Assembly (NCBI GenBank): GCA_020634625.1
Contig: JACKBJ010000001.1
Coordinates: forward strand, 217,276 to 281,275
From: Caldilineae bacterium
Lineage (GTDB): Bacteria > Chloroflexota > Anaerolineae > Epilineales > Epilineaceae
Direction: 5' to 3'
Length of the DNA: 64,000 bases
Shown: positions 9,840-18,611 of the stretch, in pieces
How positions within the stretch are numbered: position 1 is the first letter of the stretch
Layout: the number at the start of each line of letters is the position of its first letter
Translations under genes and position numbers: made by a program
Notes under the pieces: generated by a model
The model's input: only the letters and a program-made list of their open reading frames with translations
The model's database searches: none
Told to the model about the DNA's origin: nothing

Positions 9840-11434
9840 GAGAGCCCCTCGCTGCCACGGGCCATGCCTTGGCCGGCAGCGAAGGCCTGGAGCACGACCG
9901 TGGCGACCAGAACCGTCGCCAGGGCCAAGACCAGGCAAGCACCCGCGACGGCCTCGGAGGCCCCATAGTGCAGGTAGTTGAAGGTGCGTGCCGTCAGCGT
10001 GGACCGGCCAGGCGGCAGCACCATGAGCGTCGCGCCCAGCTCGCCGAGCGCCAGGGTGAAGACCAGCCCGGCGGCCGCAAGGAGCCCCGGGCCCAGCAAG
10101 GGCAGTCCCACCTGCCACCAGCCCTGGAGAACGCCGGCCTGATGCATCCGCGCCGCATCGACCAGGCTCGGGTCGCGCCGCAGGAGCTGGGCGGTGAGCA
10201 GCACGGCCGCCAGGGGTGCGAAGCGGCCCGCCGAGGCCAGCACCGGTAGCGTTGCAGCGCTGAGCGGGAGCAGGGCCGCCAGTGGTCCGCCGCGCCAGAG
10301 CGCGATCAGGCCGATCCCGAAGAGCGGCGCGGGCACCGCCAGGGGCAGGAGCGTGGCCAGCCAGAGCAGCGTTCGCCGCATGCCTCGGCCCTCGCCAGCG
10401 GCCAGCCTTCCGGCCAGCGCCAAGGCCGGGCCCAGCGCCAGCAGCGAGGCGCCGAGGGCTACGCTCAAGGAGTAGATCAGGTCGCCACGCGCCGGCAGCA
10501 GCGCGGCGAGGATGCGCGCCGGGCTTCCCGCGGCGACGAACAAGCCGGCGCACAAGGCCGCCGCTTGAAGCAGCACCAGCGCCATGGCCAGGCCGGACAG
10601 GCCGCGCAGGCCTCGGGGCAGAAGCGCGATCCAGGTCGGATGGCCGTCGCCGCGCGGCTGGCTCAGCGCCGCGCGGCGCCATCCGGCGACCAGCGCCAGA
10701 CAGGCACCGGCCGCGAGCACCACCAGCGGCATCGCCATGGCCAGCGCCCGCGCGGCATCGCCGCTGGCGCTGTAGTCGGCGAAGACACCCAAGGCCAGCA
10801 CGTTGACCTGGAACAAGGCGGGCACGCCGTAGTCGAGCAGCGAGAGCAGAAAGGCAAGGGCGAGCCCGGCGGCGGCGATCGGTGCGGCCAGCGGGATCGC
10901 GATCCGCAGCAGCACCGCCCGGTCCGAGCGGACGCTGCGGGCGGCCTCGATGGGCGCGTCGGGCAGCAGGCCCAGGGCGATCGCGGCCATGCCGTAGGTC
11001 AGCGGCAGGCGTGACATCGCCATGACCCAGGCGGTGACGCCAGGCCCGGAGCGGGGCAGCTCGATCGCGAGCCCCAACCCGCGCAGGGTCGTCTCGACGC
11101 GGAACAGCACCGTGGACCAGGCCAGCGCGTGGACGTAGGGCGGCACGGCCACCAGAGCGAGCGGCAAGCCACGCAGCAGCCGACCCCGTGGGCGGCTGGA
11201 CAGGGCGGCCAGGAGGCCCAGCAGGCCTGCCATGCCGGTCGCGGCCAGCGAGACCTCCAGACTGGCCCCCAGCAGATCCAGTTGGCGCCCCGATGGCCAG
11301 GCCAGGTCGGCCAGTGCCGTCGCGCCGGCCGGACTGCCGACGAGGCGCGCCACTAGCGGCTGGCACAGGGCCAGGATCGGGAGGTGAACGCAGACCAGGA
11401 AGCCGAGCAGCCCGAGCGCCTCCACGCCGGGCAC
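9836..11434 (-). CDS. Fused two-domain ABC importer permease (FbpB/AfuB-like)
   Basis: 532 aa from GTG 11434 (alternative GTG 11425). Two tandem permease halves, each with an EAA-like loop (EAARSVRSDRAV.. and DAARMHQAGVL..). The part of track ORF 9836..12784 upstream of 11434 runs across the binding-protein gene and is spurious. Confidence 0.8.
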   Translation of the reverse strand: MPGVEALGLLGFLVCVHLPILALCQPLVARLVGSPAGATALADLAWPSGRQLDLLGASLEVSLAATGMAGLLGLLAALSSRPRGRLLRGLPLALVAVPPYVHALAWSTVLFRVETTLRGLGLAIELPRSGPGVTAWVMAMSRLPLTYGMAAIALGLLPDAPIEAARSVRSDRAVLLRIAIPLAAPIAAAGLALAFLLSLLDYGVPALFQVNVLALGVFADYSASGDAARALAMAMPLVVLAAGACLALVAGWRRAALSQPRGDGHPTWIALLPRGLRGLSGLAMALVLLQAAALCAGLFVAAGSPARILAALLPARGDLIYSLSVALGASLLALGPALALAGRLAAGEGRGMRRTLLWLATLLPLAVPAPLFGIGLIALWRGGPLAALLPLSAATLPVLASAGRFAPLAAVLLTAQLLRRDPSLVDAARMHQAGVLQGWWQVGLPLLGPGLLAAAGLVFTLALGELGATLMVLPPGRSTLTARTFNYLHYGASEAVAGACLVLALATVLVATVVLQAFAAGQGMARGSEGLS

Positions 11435-11478
11435 CAGGAGCCGTTCCAGGCTCCCGTCGGGGCGACCTCCGCGCGCGC

Positions 11479-12525
11479 TCAGCGGACGAAGATCTCGGCC
11501 ATGTCGGCCTTGGCGGCGTCGATCTGCTCCGCGGCTTGCGCGGGGCTCACGGCATGGCCTCGAACATCGTCGACCGGGATGCAGGCCGGCGCCGCGACGC
11601 CCGGATGGAGACCGAGCTGGATCCAGCCGTCGTCGATCAGCCGCGCTTCGGTCTCGGGCCGTAGCAGCCAGTCGACGAAGCGCCGCGCCGGGTCCGGGTT
11701 GGGGCCTCCACGAATGAGCCCGACGCTGTTGGGAACGACGAGGGTGCCGATCTCGCCCTGGCGCTGATCGGGAAAGATGATCTCGACCGCCGCGCCGCGC
11801 TCGACGGCACCGCAGGCGTCGTCCGTGTCGGTCAGGCCCCAATCGAGCTGGCCCTCGACGACCAGATCGCGGACCACGCTGTTGCCGTCGACGACCCGGA
11901 TGCCCCGACGCGCCAGGTCGGCGTAGTAGGCCCGGGCCCGCGGCCGCCCCCAGACGGCGTAGAGCGCGGCCGCCTGAGCGGCGGCCGTGCCGAAGACGGG
12001 ATAGGCCAGCCCGATCCGAGCCGCCTCGCGCTCCGGGTCCAGCAGGTCGGAGAGCCCGCTGGGATAGCGATCGGGGGTCAGCGCGGTCGTGTTGACGAGA
12101 AAGACGCGAGCGCGGCCGCCGAATCCGGTCCACCGCGCATCGGCATCGCGGTAGGCGGCCGGAATGCCCTCGGCTGATGGCGAGGCATAGGAATCGAGCA
12201 GGCCCGCCTCGGCCAGTCGAATGGTCTGCGAGAGCTCTCCGTTCCACCAGACGTCGGCCTGGGGCGCGCCGGCCTCGGCGATCAACCGGTTCACGAGGCC
12301 GGTGGTCTTGGCCGCCTCCAGATCGAAGACGGGCAGCACGTCGATGCCGGTCTCGGCTTCGAAGTCGGCGAACACGGGTTCGGAGACGTTCTGATCGACC
12401 GAGGTGTAGACCACCAGCTGGTCGACCGTCGCCGACGGCATGCCACAGCCCGCCAGACCCAACAGCAGGGCGATTGCGACGATGCCGCCTCCGCTCCGAT
12501 GCGTCCGTAACGACACCTGCATCAT
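11479..12525 (-). CDS. Iron(III)-type ABC substrate-binding lipoprotein (FbpA/AfuA-like)
   Basis: ATG 12525 preceded by a GGAGG. Lipobox LLGLAGC. Family-1 solute-binding pattern VVYTS..FE..TGI..ADVWWNGE..GTLVVPNSVG. Confidence 0.85.
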   Translation of the reverse strand: MMQVSLRTHRSGGGIVAIALLLGLAGCGMPSATVDQLVVYTSVDQNVSEPVFADFEAETGIDVLPVFDLEAAKTTGLVNRLIAEAGAPQADVWWNGELSQTIRLAEAGLLDSYASPSAEGIPAAYRDADARWTGFGGRARVFLVNTTALTPDRYPSGLSDLLDPEREAARIGLAYPVFGTAAAQAAALYAVWGRPRARAYYADLARRGIRVVDGNSVVRDLVVEGQLDWGLTDTDDACGAVERGAAVEIIFPDQRQGEIGTLVVPNSVGLIRGGPNPDPARRFVDWLLRPETEARLIDDGWIQLGLHPGVAAPACIPVDDVRGHAVSPAQAAEQIDAAKADMAEIFVR

Positions 12526-12605
12526 CACGCCTCCTCGCTTCGCGTCGATGGATCGAATCCTGCCGCATACCCGGCCGCCTGCCAAGGCACGCCGTCCGGC
12601 CGGGT

Positions 12606-14174
12606 TCAGGGTTGCACGCCGCGGTCCAGTCGCGGCAGCAGGATGCGGCCCGATTGCGCGGGCGGCGTCTCGCCGGGCGGCCGGGTGGTCGGGGCAGGCG
12701 GGGTCGCTTGCGGCGTGCCCGACGGCGCGCTCTCGGGTCCGAGGACCCGTAGCTCGTCCCCCAGCGCGGGGTCGCTTGCCGCAAAGTAGAGCTGCTCGGC
12801 CTGGGCCAGCAGTGCGCTTGGATCCGAACCGAGGGCTCCGGGCCGGAGGTCGGACACCACCCGGGTCTCGGCCGTCGTGCCGTCGGTCACCCAGAGCTCG
12901 CGGCCGAGCCCTTCGCGATCCGCGCTGAAGTAGAGCCGATCGCCCAAGGGGCTGGCCTCGGCCGGAAAGGAGCTGGCGACCTCGCCCGGGTTGACGTCGG
13001 CAAGCAGCCGCGTGCCGGGTTCGGTACCATCCGAGACCCAGGGCTCGATGCCGTAGCTGAAGTGAAACGCTTGAAAGAAGAGCAGGTTGCCGAAGCTGAC
13101 GAAGCCAGCCGGGACCGAGCCGCGACCACGCATGGCGCTGGCGAACACCGCGTGCGTCCCGTCCGGCTCGCCGTCGGTGACCCAGAGCTCGCCGCCACCG
13201 CCATCGTCGCCGCCGAAGTAGAGGCGGCCTGCATGCGGTGCGAACCCCTGATTGAAGCCTCGGCCGCCGGGGTTGAGATCCCGCAGCACGCGGGTTCCCG
13301 CCGCGCTTCCGTCCGAGATCCAGGGCTCCATGTTGGCGCCGCCGGGCGCATCGCTGGCCGCGAAGACCAAGCGGCCGTTGAAGCCCACGAAGCTGTCCGG
13401 CTCCGAGCCGTCCAGACCGGCCGCGATGTCGGCCAGCATCCGAGTTCCTTCCGGACTGCCGTCCGAAAGCCAGGGCTCGATGCCGGCTTCGTCGTTCTCG
13501 GCGGAGAAGGCCAGACCCAGGGGGGTCGACCTGAGGTGCGCCGGCAGCGAGCCGGCGGGCCCATCCACGATGTCGGCAAGCATGCGGGTGCCCTCGGCCG
13601 TCCCATCGCTCACCCACAGCTCCTCGCCGTTCTCCCCGTCATCGCCGGTGAAGAAGAGGCGCCCGTCATGCTCGGTGAGGAACGCTGCCAGGCCCCAGGC
13701 CTCGGGTCCCTCGGTGACGTCGGCCAGCAATCGCGTCCCGGTCGCGCTGCCGTCGCTCGTCCAGATCTCGGGACCGTGCTTGCCGTCGTCGGCCAGAAAG
13801 TAGACCCGGTCGCCCACCCGGGTGAACCGCGTGCGCGCGTCGGCCGGAACCGGGTTGGCCTCGCCCTCGCCACCTGGGCTAGGGTTGGAGCCCTGGGGGC
13901 CGGGCTGGATGTCGGCGAGCATGCGCGTGCCCGCGGCACTGCCGTCGGAGATCCATAGCTCGCGGCCATGCACGCCATCGTCGGCGCTGAAGATCACGCG
14001 GTCGTCGAAGCCCGTCATGAAGCGCGGTTCGGAGGACTCGGGACCCGGCCGCAAGTCCAAGGCGACGATCTCGGCGCCTGACTCGGCTGGCTTGCCCCGC
14101 GTCAGCGCGCCAGTCGGGCCCAGGCAACCGAGGAGCAGCCCACTCAGGATCAGGCATCCGCGCGAAACGTGCAT
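12606..14174 (-). CDS. ELWxxDG(T)-repeat beta-propeller lipoprotein
   Basis: ATG 14174 (residue M22 of the track ORF). Lipobox LLLGC. Eight repeats of the form G.ELW.SDG.. GTR.LADI. PT-rich tail ending ILLPRLDRGVQP. Confidence 0.8.
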   Translation of the reverse strand: MHVSRGCLILSGLLLGCLGPTGALTRGKPAESGAEIVALDLRPGPESSEPRFMTGFDDRVIFSADDGVHGRELWISDGSAAGTRMLADIQPGPQGSNPSPGGEGEANPVPADARTRFTRVGDRVYFLADDGKHGPEIWTSDGSATGTRLLADVTEGPEAWGLAAFLTEHDGRLFFTGDDGENGEELWVSDGTAEGTRMLADIVDGPAGSLPAHLRSTPLGLAFSAENDEAGIEPWLSDGSPEGTRMLADIAAGLDGSEPDSFVGFNGRLVFAASDAPGGANMEPWISDGSAAGTRVLRDLNPGGRGFNQGFAPHAGRLYFGGDDGGGGELWVTDGEPDGTHAVFASAMRGRGSVPAGFVSFGNLLFFQAFHFSYGIEPWVSDGTEPGTRLLADVNPGEVASSFPAEASPLGDRLYFSADREGLGRELWVTDGTTAETRVVSDLRPGALGSDPSALLAQAEQLYFAASDPALGDELRVLGPESAPSGTPQATPPAPTTRPPGETPPAQSGRILLPRLDRGVQP

Positions 14175-14233
14175 CGGGCTCCGACCTCCTGGCCGGCGCA
14201 GGCAGCGCTCGGCATCGTTCGTCTCGGTCCGCA

Positions 14234-16252
14234 TCAAGGCTTCAGGCTCAGGATCTGGAGCCCACCCAGCTCGGCCGCGACATAGAGCCGATCGCCGCGG
14301 CGCAGCAGGCGCTCGGCGGCACCCGGCATCGTCCAGCCCCCGATCTCGATCGGGTCACCGGCGCGCGATGTGCGCAGCTCGCGCAATCCGGCGCTTCCGG
14401 CGGCCACGAAGACCCGCTCGCCTTCCTGGAGCACCCCGATGGCGCGGTCTTCGAACGCCAGCGAGCCAAGCCGCGTCGGATTGCCCGGGTCGGTGACGTC
14501 GAGCAGCAGCACGCCGGTCAGGCCGGCCGCGACCCAGGCGCGATCGCCCGAAACGGTCACATCCAGGATGTCCGCCTCGTTCTCGAAGCGCACCGCCACC
14601 TCGTGTGGGTGCCTGGGGTCGGCAAGGTCGTAGATCCTCAGACCGCCGGGCCGATCGCTTAGGTAGGCATGTCCCTGGCTGACCGTCACGTCCCAGCTGT
14701 TGCCAGGCGAGTCGACGAAGCCCAGCTCGGTCGCGGACCGAGGATCGATCACCCGCAGGCCGCCCGGTCCGTCCGCGACGTAGGCCAGTCCATCGGCCAA
14801 GGCGATGCCCAGGGCCTCGCCCGGCGTGTCGACCACCGCCACCGCGACCGGATCCCGCGCATCGCGGATGTCGAGCACGACCACTCCGGCCTCGCCTGCC
14901 GCCACGAGGGCCAGATCTCCGGCCACCCGGACGTCGTGGGTCGCGCCCGGCATGTCCAGGGAGCCCAGCAGCAACGGCGCGTCGGGCTGGCTGACGTCGA
15001 GCACCAGCACGCCGGCCAGGCCATCCGCCAGGTACAGGATCGCATCCGATTCGGACCGATCGCCGCCCTCGATCAAGCTCGGGCTGAAGTACATTCCGCT
15101 GCGCACCAAGCCGCCTTCATCGATCCGGGCCAGGTGCAAGCCGGCCAGGTCGGCGGCCACCTTCGGCGCGCCCTCGACCCCCCAGACGTGCATCCGGGCC
15201 CAGAGATCGGCGCGCGAATCGACCGCCGGTGCGACCTGGGTTCCGACGTCGGCGAAGTAGATCGTGTCCGCGTCGATCGCCACGTCCAGCACCACCGTGG
15301 CGCCCTCGAGGCTCCCGAGAAGCCGCGGCCGACCGGGGCTGCCGACGTCGACCACCAGCGCACCGCCCTCCTGCGCCGCCACGAACGCCCGGTCGCCACG
15401 GACCGCCACCCGCTCGACGATGCCCGGCAAACCGAGCGCGCCGAGATCCCGGGGGTGCTCGGGATCCGCCACGTCGACCAGCCGCAAGCCCTCGTCGCGA
15501 TCGGCCACGAGCAGCAGCCCTTCGGAGACGGCCACGCTCGCCGCGACGCCGGGCGTGTCGATCCAGGCCAGCTCCTCCGGCCGGCTCGGATCGGTGGCGT
15601 CGATGATCCGCACTCCGGTGCCCCAGTCCGCCACGAAGACCAGCGTCCGCGCGTCCGCGGCATCGGCGGTCCGATGCTGCACGGCGATGCCCAGCGCATC
15701 GCCAGGCGTGTCCCATCGCCCCAGATCGCGCGGACGGGTCGGATCGCCGACGTCGACGATCCGCAGGCCCCGAATGCCCTCGGCCAGGTAGGCCAGATCG
15801 CCGTCGATCGCGACCTGATTCACGGCCCAGCTGGTCGCGATGGTGGCGATGCGATGCGGCCGCTCGGGGTTGGCGCCGTCGAAGACGACCAGCCCGCTCA
15901 ATCCGGCCGCGACGTAGACCCGGTCTCCGGCGACCGCAAGGGCGCGGATCGCCTCGGGCAGGGCGTCGCTCTGTCCCAGCGCCCGCGGCCGGCGCGGATC
16001 GCCCACCTGCACCGACTGCAGACGATCGCCGGTTCCCAACCACGCCACGTCGCCGGCGACGGCGACGGCGCTGACCGAACCGCCAAACTGTCGGTCCGGC
16101 AGCTGGTCGACCGGTGCGTCCGAAGGCTCGACGCGTCCGAGCAGCCAGATGGCGCCCGCCGCGCCCAGTCCGAGCAGGATCGGCGGGCCAAGGATGCCCA
16201 GACCTCGGCGACGCGCCGATGCCTTCACGGCCGGGATCCGCGGACCGGCCAT
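14234..16252 (-). CDS. LVIVD-repeat beta-propeller protein with N-terminal membrane anchor
   Basis: Repeated G(L/V)(R/L)(I/L/V)VDV.DP..P units (GLRIVDVGDPTRP, GLRLVDVADPEHP, GVLVLDVSQPDAP and others). N-terminal hydrophobic segment GILGPPILLGLGAAGAIWLLG. Confidence 0.8.
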   Translation of the reverse strand: MAGPRIPAVKASARRRGLGILGPPILLGLGAAGAIWLLGRVEPSDAPVDQLPDRQFGGSVSAVAVAGDVAWLGTGDRLQSVQVGDPRRPRALGQSDALPEAIRALAVAGDRVYVAAGLSGLVVFDGANPERPHRIATIATSWAVNQVAIDGDLAYLAEGIRGLRIVDVGDPTRPRDLGRWDTPGDALGIAVQHRTADAADARTLVFVADWGTGVRIIDATDPSRPEELAWIDTPGVAASVAVSEGLLLVADRDEGLRLVDVADPEHPRDLGALGLPGIVERVAVRGDRAFVAAQEGGALVVDVGSPGRPRLLGSLEGATVVLDVAIDADTIYFADVGTQVAPAVDSRADLWARMHVWGVEGAPKVAADLAGLHLARIDEGGLVRSGMYFSPSLIEGGDRSESDAILYLADGLAGVLVLDVSQPDAPLLLGSLDMPGATHDVRVAGDLALVAAGEAGVVVLDIRDARDPVAVAVVDTPGEALGIALADGLAYVADGPGGLRVIDPRSATELGFVDSPGNSWDVTVSQGHAYLSDRPGGLRIYDLADPRHPHEVAVRFENEADILDVTVSGDRAWVAAGLTGVLLLDVTDPGNPTRLGSLAFEDRAIGVLQEGERVFVAAGSAGLRELRTSRAGDPIEIGGWTMPGAAERLLRRGDRLYVAAELGGLQILSLKP

Positions 16253-16283
16253 CGCGGCCGCCCTTCGCCCCGGCGCGACCCGC

Positions 16284-18611
16284 CTAGCGCCGGCCCCAGA
16301 AGACCTCCGGCGCGCAGGGGATCAAGCGCGCGATCGCCTCGTATATGGCGGCCAGGTCGGCGCTGTTCGGCGACAGGCGCAAACGGGTCCGATCGCCGGC
16401 GAGCGCCTCGAGATAGTCGAGGTCGAGGTCCTGGCCGAGGCCGACGATGTACAGCGCGACCCCCGACTCTCGGATCGCTCGAGCCAGCGCCTGCGGCGGC
16501 TCGGGATCGCCTACCTGAATCCCGTCGGTCAACAGCACGATCATCGGCGAGTTGTCGGGCTTGCGCTCGGGTCCCTCGAGGACGCGCCGTGCCGCCGCGA
16601 GGCCGCGATCGATCCGCGTCCCGTAGGCCACGTCGATTCCGCGGATGGCCGCCTCGAGCGTCGGCCCGTCACCGCTGAGCGGGCTGATGACCTGCGCCTC
16701 CTCGCTGAAGACCACCAACCCGATCTGGTCGCTGCCCAGCTCGACGGCGCGCAGGAAAGCCAGCGCCGCCTGCCGCGCCGCGTCGATCTTCTCGCCGGCC
16801 ATGCTCGACGAGTTGTCGAAGACGAGCACGGTGTCGGCGTTGGCCCACTCGGGCGCGCAGTGCTCGCGCAGCAGGATCGGAAGATAGGCCGGACGCAAGA
16901 CCCGCGGCGTCGCCGAGGGCTGCTCGGTCGACATCGGGCTGGGTGTGCGGGTCGGCGTGCGGGTCGGCGTGTCGGTGGCCGTCGCGGTCGCGACCGGGGT
17001 GTCGGAGGCGGTCGGGGTGTTCGAGGGCAAAGGCTCGCTCGGTGTCGGCGCCTGGGGCTGGTAGATGCACAGCACCTCCGTGTCGCCCAGGCTGCCGATG
17101 TCGCTGAGGAAGTTCCAGATGTATAGCGTATCGACCCAGGGCCCGTGCGCCCAGGCCCGTAACGGGCCACCGCCCGTGACGTCGTAGGGCTCCGTGAAGC
17201 CGGGCGCGCCAACGGTCTCTTCACTGACCTGATTTCCGCCGGCCAGCTCGTACCAGTAGACCCCCTCGTAGGCCAGCGTATCCTTGGCCGCTCGCTTCAC
17301 CCCATAGCTGGTCGCGACGACTCGATCCGTGTCCGGAATCCAGGCCACGCCGCCCGTGGCCGACTCGTCGTGCGACAGGGCGTTGGTGTCGTCAAAGTGC
17401 TCAGGGCGCGGCACGAACTTGTAGGTTCCGTCGGACAGGGTCCCGTGGATGATGTCGCCGAATCCCAGACCCTCCTCCGACATCAGCGTGTCGCCGGGCT
17501 TGGTGAAGGGCGTCGGCGTCGGGGCGCCGCCGTGCGTGCTGGTCGCATAGCGCTCGTCGTCGCGGATCCACTGCAGCGAGATGTCCCAGTGCCGGTCCCG
17601 CAGGCCGACCACCATCACGCCGGTGTTGGTGATGGCCAGATCGGTCAACATCGGCTGGGGCCGATGCATCTCGGGCCGTTGCTGCGCGTTCAGCTTCCGA
17701 TCGATCTCGTCGGACCAGGGCGACCAGCTGGTCTGGCTGCCGACCACGTTGCGCAGGCGAACGCCGTCCCGGGGATACCGCATGTTGATGACCGCGACCT
17801 GCTGCATGTCGGAGCCATCGGGACGCGAGCTGTAGACGATGCTGACCATGTTGGCGGCCGAGCCGCGGCTGTTGACGACGCCGTGGTAGAGCCGTCCGGA
17901 GTACCAGGCCAAACCGAATGGCCGCCCGCCGACCGGGCCCCAGTCCTCCGACATCGCCCCCATGTCGAACTCGCTCAGGATGGCCTTGGTCGCGAGATCG
18001 AAGCGGATGATCTTGCGATTGTTGAGGTTGACGGCAAACAGCTCGGTGCCGGCGTCGTTGACCTCGAGGTCGCCCAGCGCCACCTTGCCGACCTCGCGCG
18101 CCGCGCCATCGTCCTGGTCGCGCTCGCCATCGGCCATGCGGCCGCCGATCTGCGTGCCGGCATCCGGGACCTGGGTCCAGAGCTCGGTCACGCCCGTGTC
18201 GAGGTCGGTCCGGTAGATCCCGCCCGCGCCACCCGGTCCGTAGGGCAGCCCCCGCTTGCGATAGGCCCCGGAGTAGATCGCCGGCTCGCCGCGGCTATAC
18301 GCCAGGCCGAAGACCGACCCGGTGTCGGCGAAGCTGGCGAGCTCGAACTGTGGGTTGTCGCTCGGCGTATCCCGGAAGAGGATGACCGAAGGCGCGGCCG
18401 TGTCCGGGCGACGACCGCGACCCGATTGGGCGCGAAAGGCCGAGGCGACATAGTAGGGGTCGCCGTCGACACAGGCCTGGTCGAAGTCGGGCGCGCCAGC
18501 CGTCAGGCGATCCAGGTTGACGATGCCCAGCGCGATGGCGAGCACGAAGACGAAGGTCAGGATCCGCAGCCCACGATGGGCGGCTCCGGTCGAGGGCGTG
18601 GCGACGGTCAT
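16284..18611 (-). CDS. Secreted protein: unknown ~560-aa N-terminal domain, PT linker, C-terminal vWA cassette
   Basis: ATG 18611 (M88 of the track ORF). N-terminal anchor LRILTFVFVLAIALGIV. MIDAS FDNSSSM plus LLTDG. Terminal IPCAPEVFWGRR. Confidence 0.8.
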   Translation of the reverse strand: MTVATPSTGAAHRGLRILTFVFVLAIALGIVNLDRLTAGAPDFDQACVDGDPYYVASAFRAQSGRGRRPDTAAPSVILFRDTPSDNPQFELASFADTGSVFGLAYSRGEPAIYSGAYRKRGLPYGPGGAGGIYRTDLDTGVTELWTQVPDAGTQIGGRMADGERDQDDGAAREVGKVALGDLEVNDAGTELFAVNLNNRKIIRFDLATKAILSEFDMGAMSEDWGPVGGRPFGLAWYSGRLYHGVVNSRGSAANMVSIVYSSRPDGSDMQQVAVINMRYPRDGVRLRNVVGSQTSWSPWSDEIDRKLNAQQRPEMHRPQPMLTDLAITNTGVMVVGLRDRHWDISLQWIRDDERYATSTHGGAPTPTPFTKPGDTLMSEEGLGFGDIIHGTLSDGTYKFVPRPEHFDDTNALSHDESATGGVAWIPDTDRVVATSYGVKRAAKDTLAYEGVYWYELAGGNQVSEETVGAPGFTEPYDVTGGGPLRAWAHGPWVDTLYIWNFLSDIGSLGDTEVLCIYQPQAPTPSEPLPSNTPTASDTPVATATATDTPTRTPTRTPSPMSTEQPSATPRVLRPAYLPILLREHCAPEWANADTVLVFDNSSSMAGEKIDAARQAALAFLRAVELGSDQIGLVVFSEEAQVISPLSGDGPTLEAAIRGIDVAYGTRIDRGLAAARRVLEGPERKPDNSPMIVLLTDGIQVGDPEPPQALARAIRESGVALYIVGLGQDLDLDYLEALAGDRTRLRLSPNSADLAAIYEAIARLIPCAPEVFWGRR

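Noticed and set aside
11435-13617. 5' extensions of ORFs 9836..12784 and 11479..13617 (982 and 712 aa)
   Set aside because: The same reasoning applies. Recognisable permease and binding-protein sequence begins at 11434 and 12525; the latter has a GGAGG and a lipoprotein signal.
14669-16678. 669-aa plus-strand ORF and other ORFs opposite the LVIVD gene
   Set aside because: It is a shadow ORF. The minus frame shows regular LVIVD repeats.
16890-17050. Pro/Thr-linker coding DNA as tandem repeats or contingency loci (also near 43530..43680, 61130..61190 and 55980..56040)
   Set aside because: These are low-complexity codon runs (ACG/CCG/ACC/CCC) but not exact tandem repeats. No unit is repeated perfectly more than twice.
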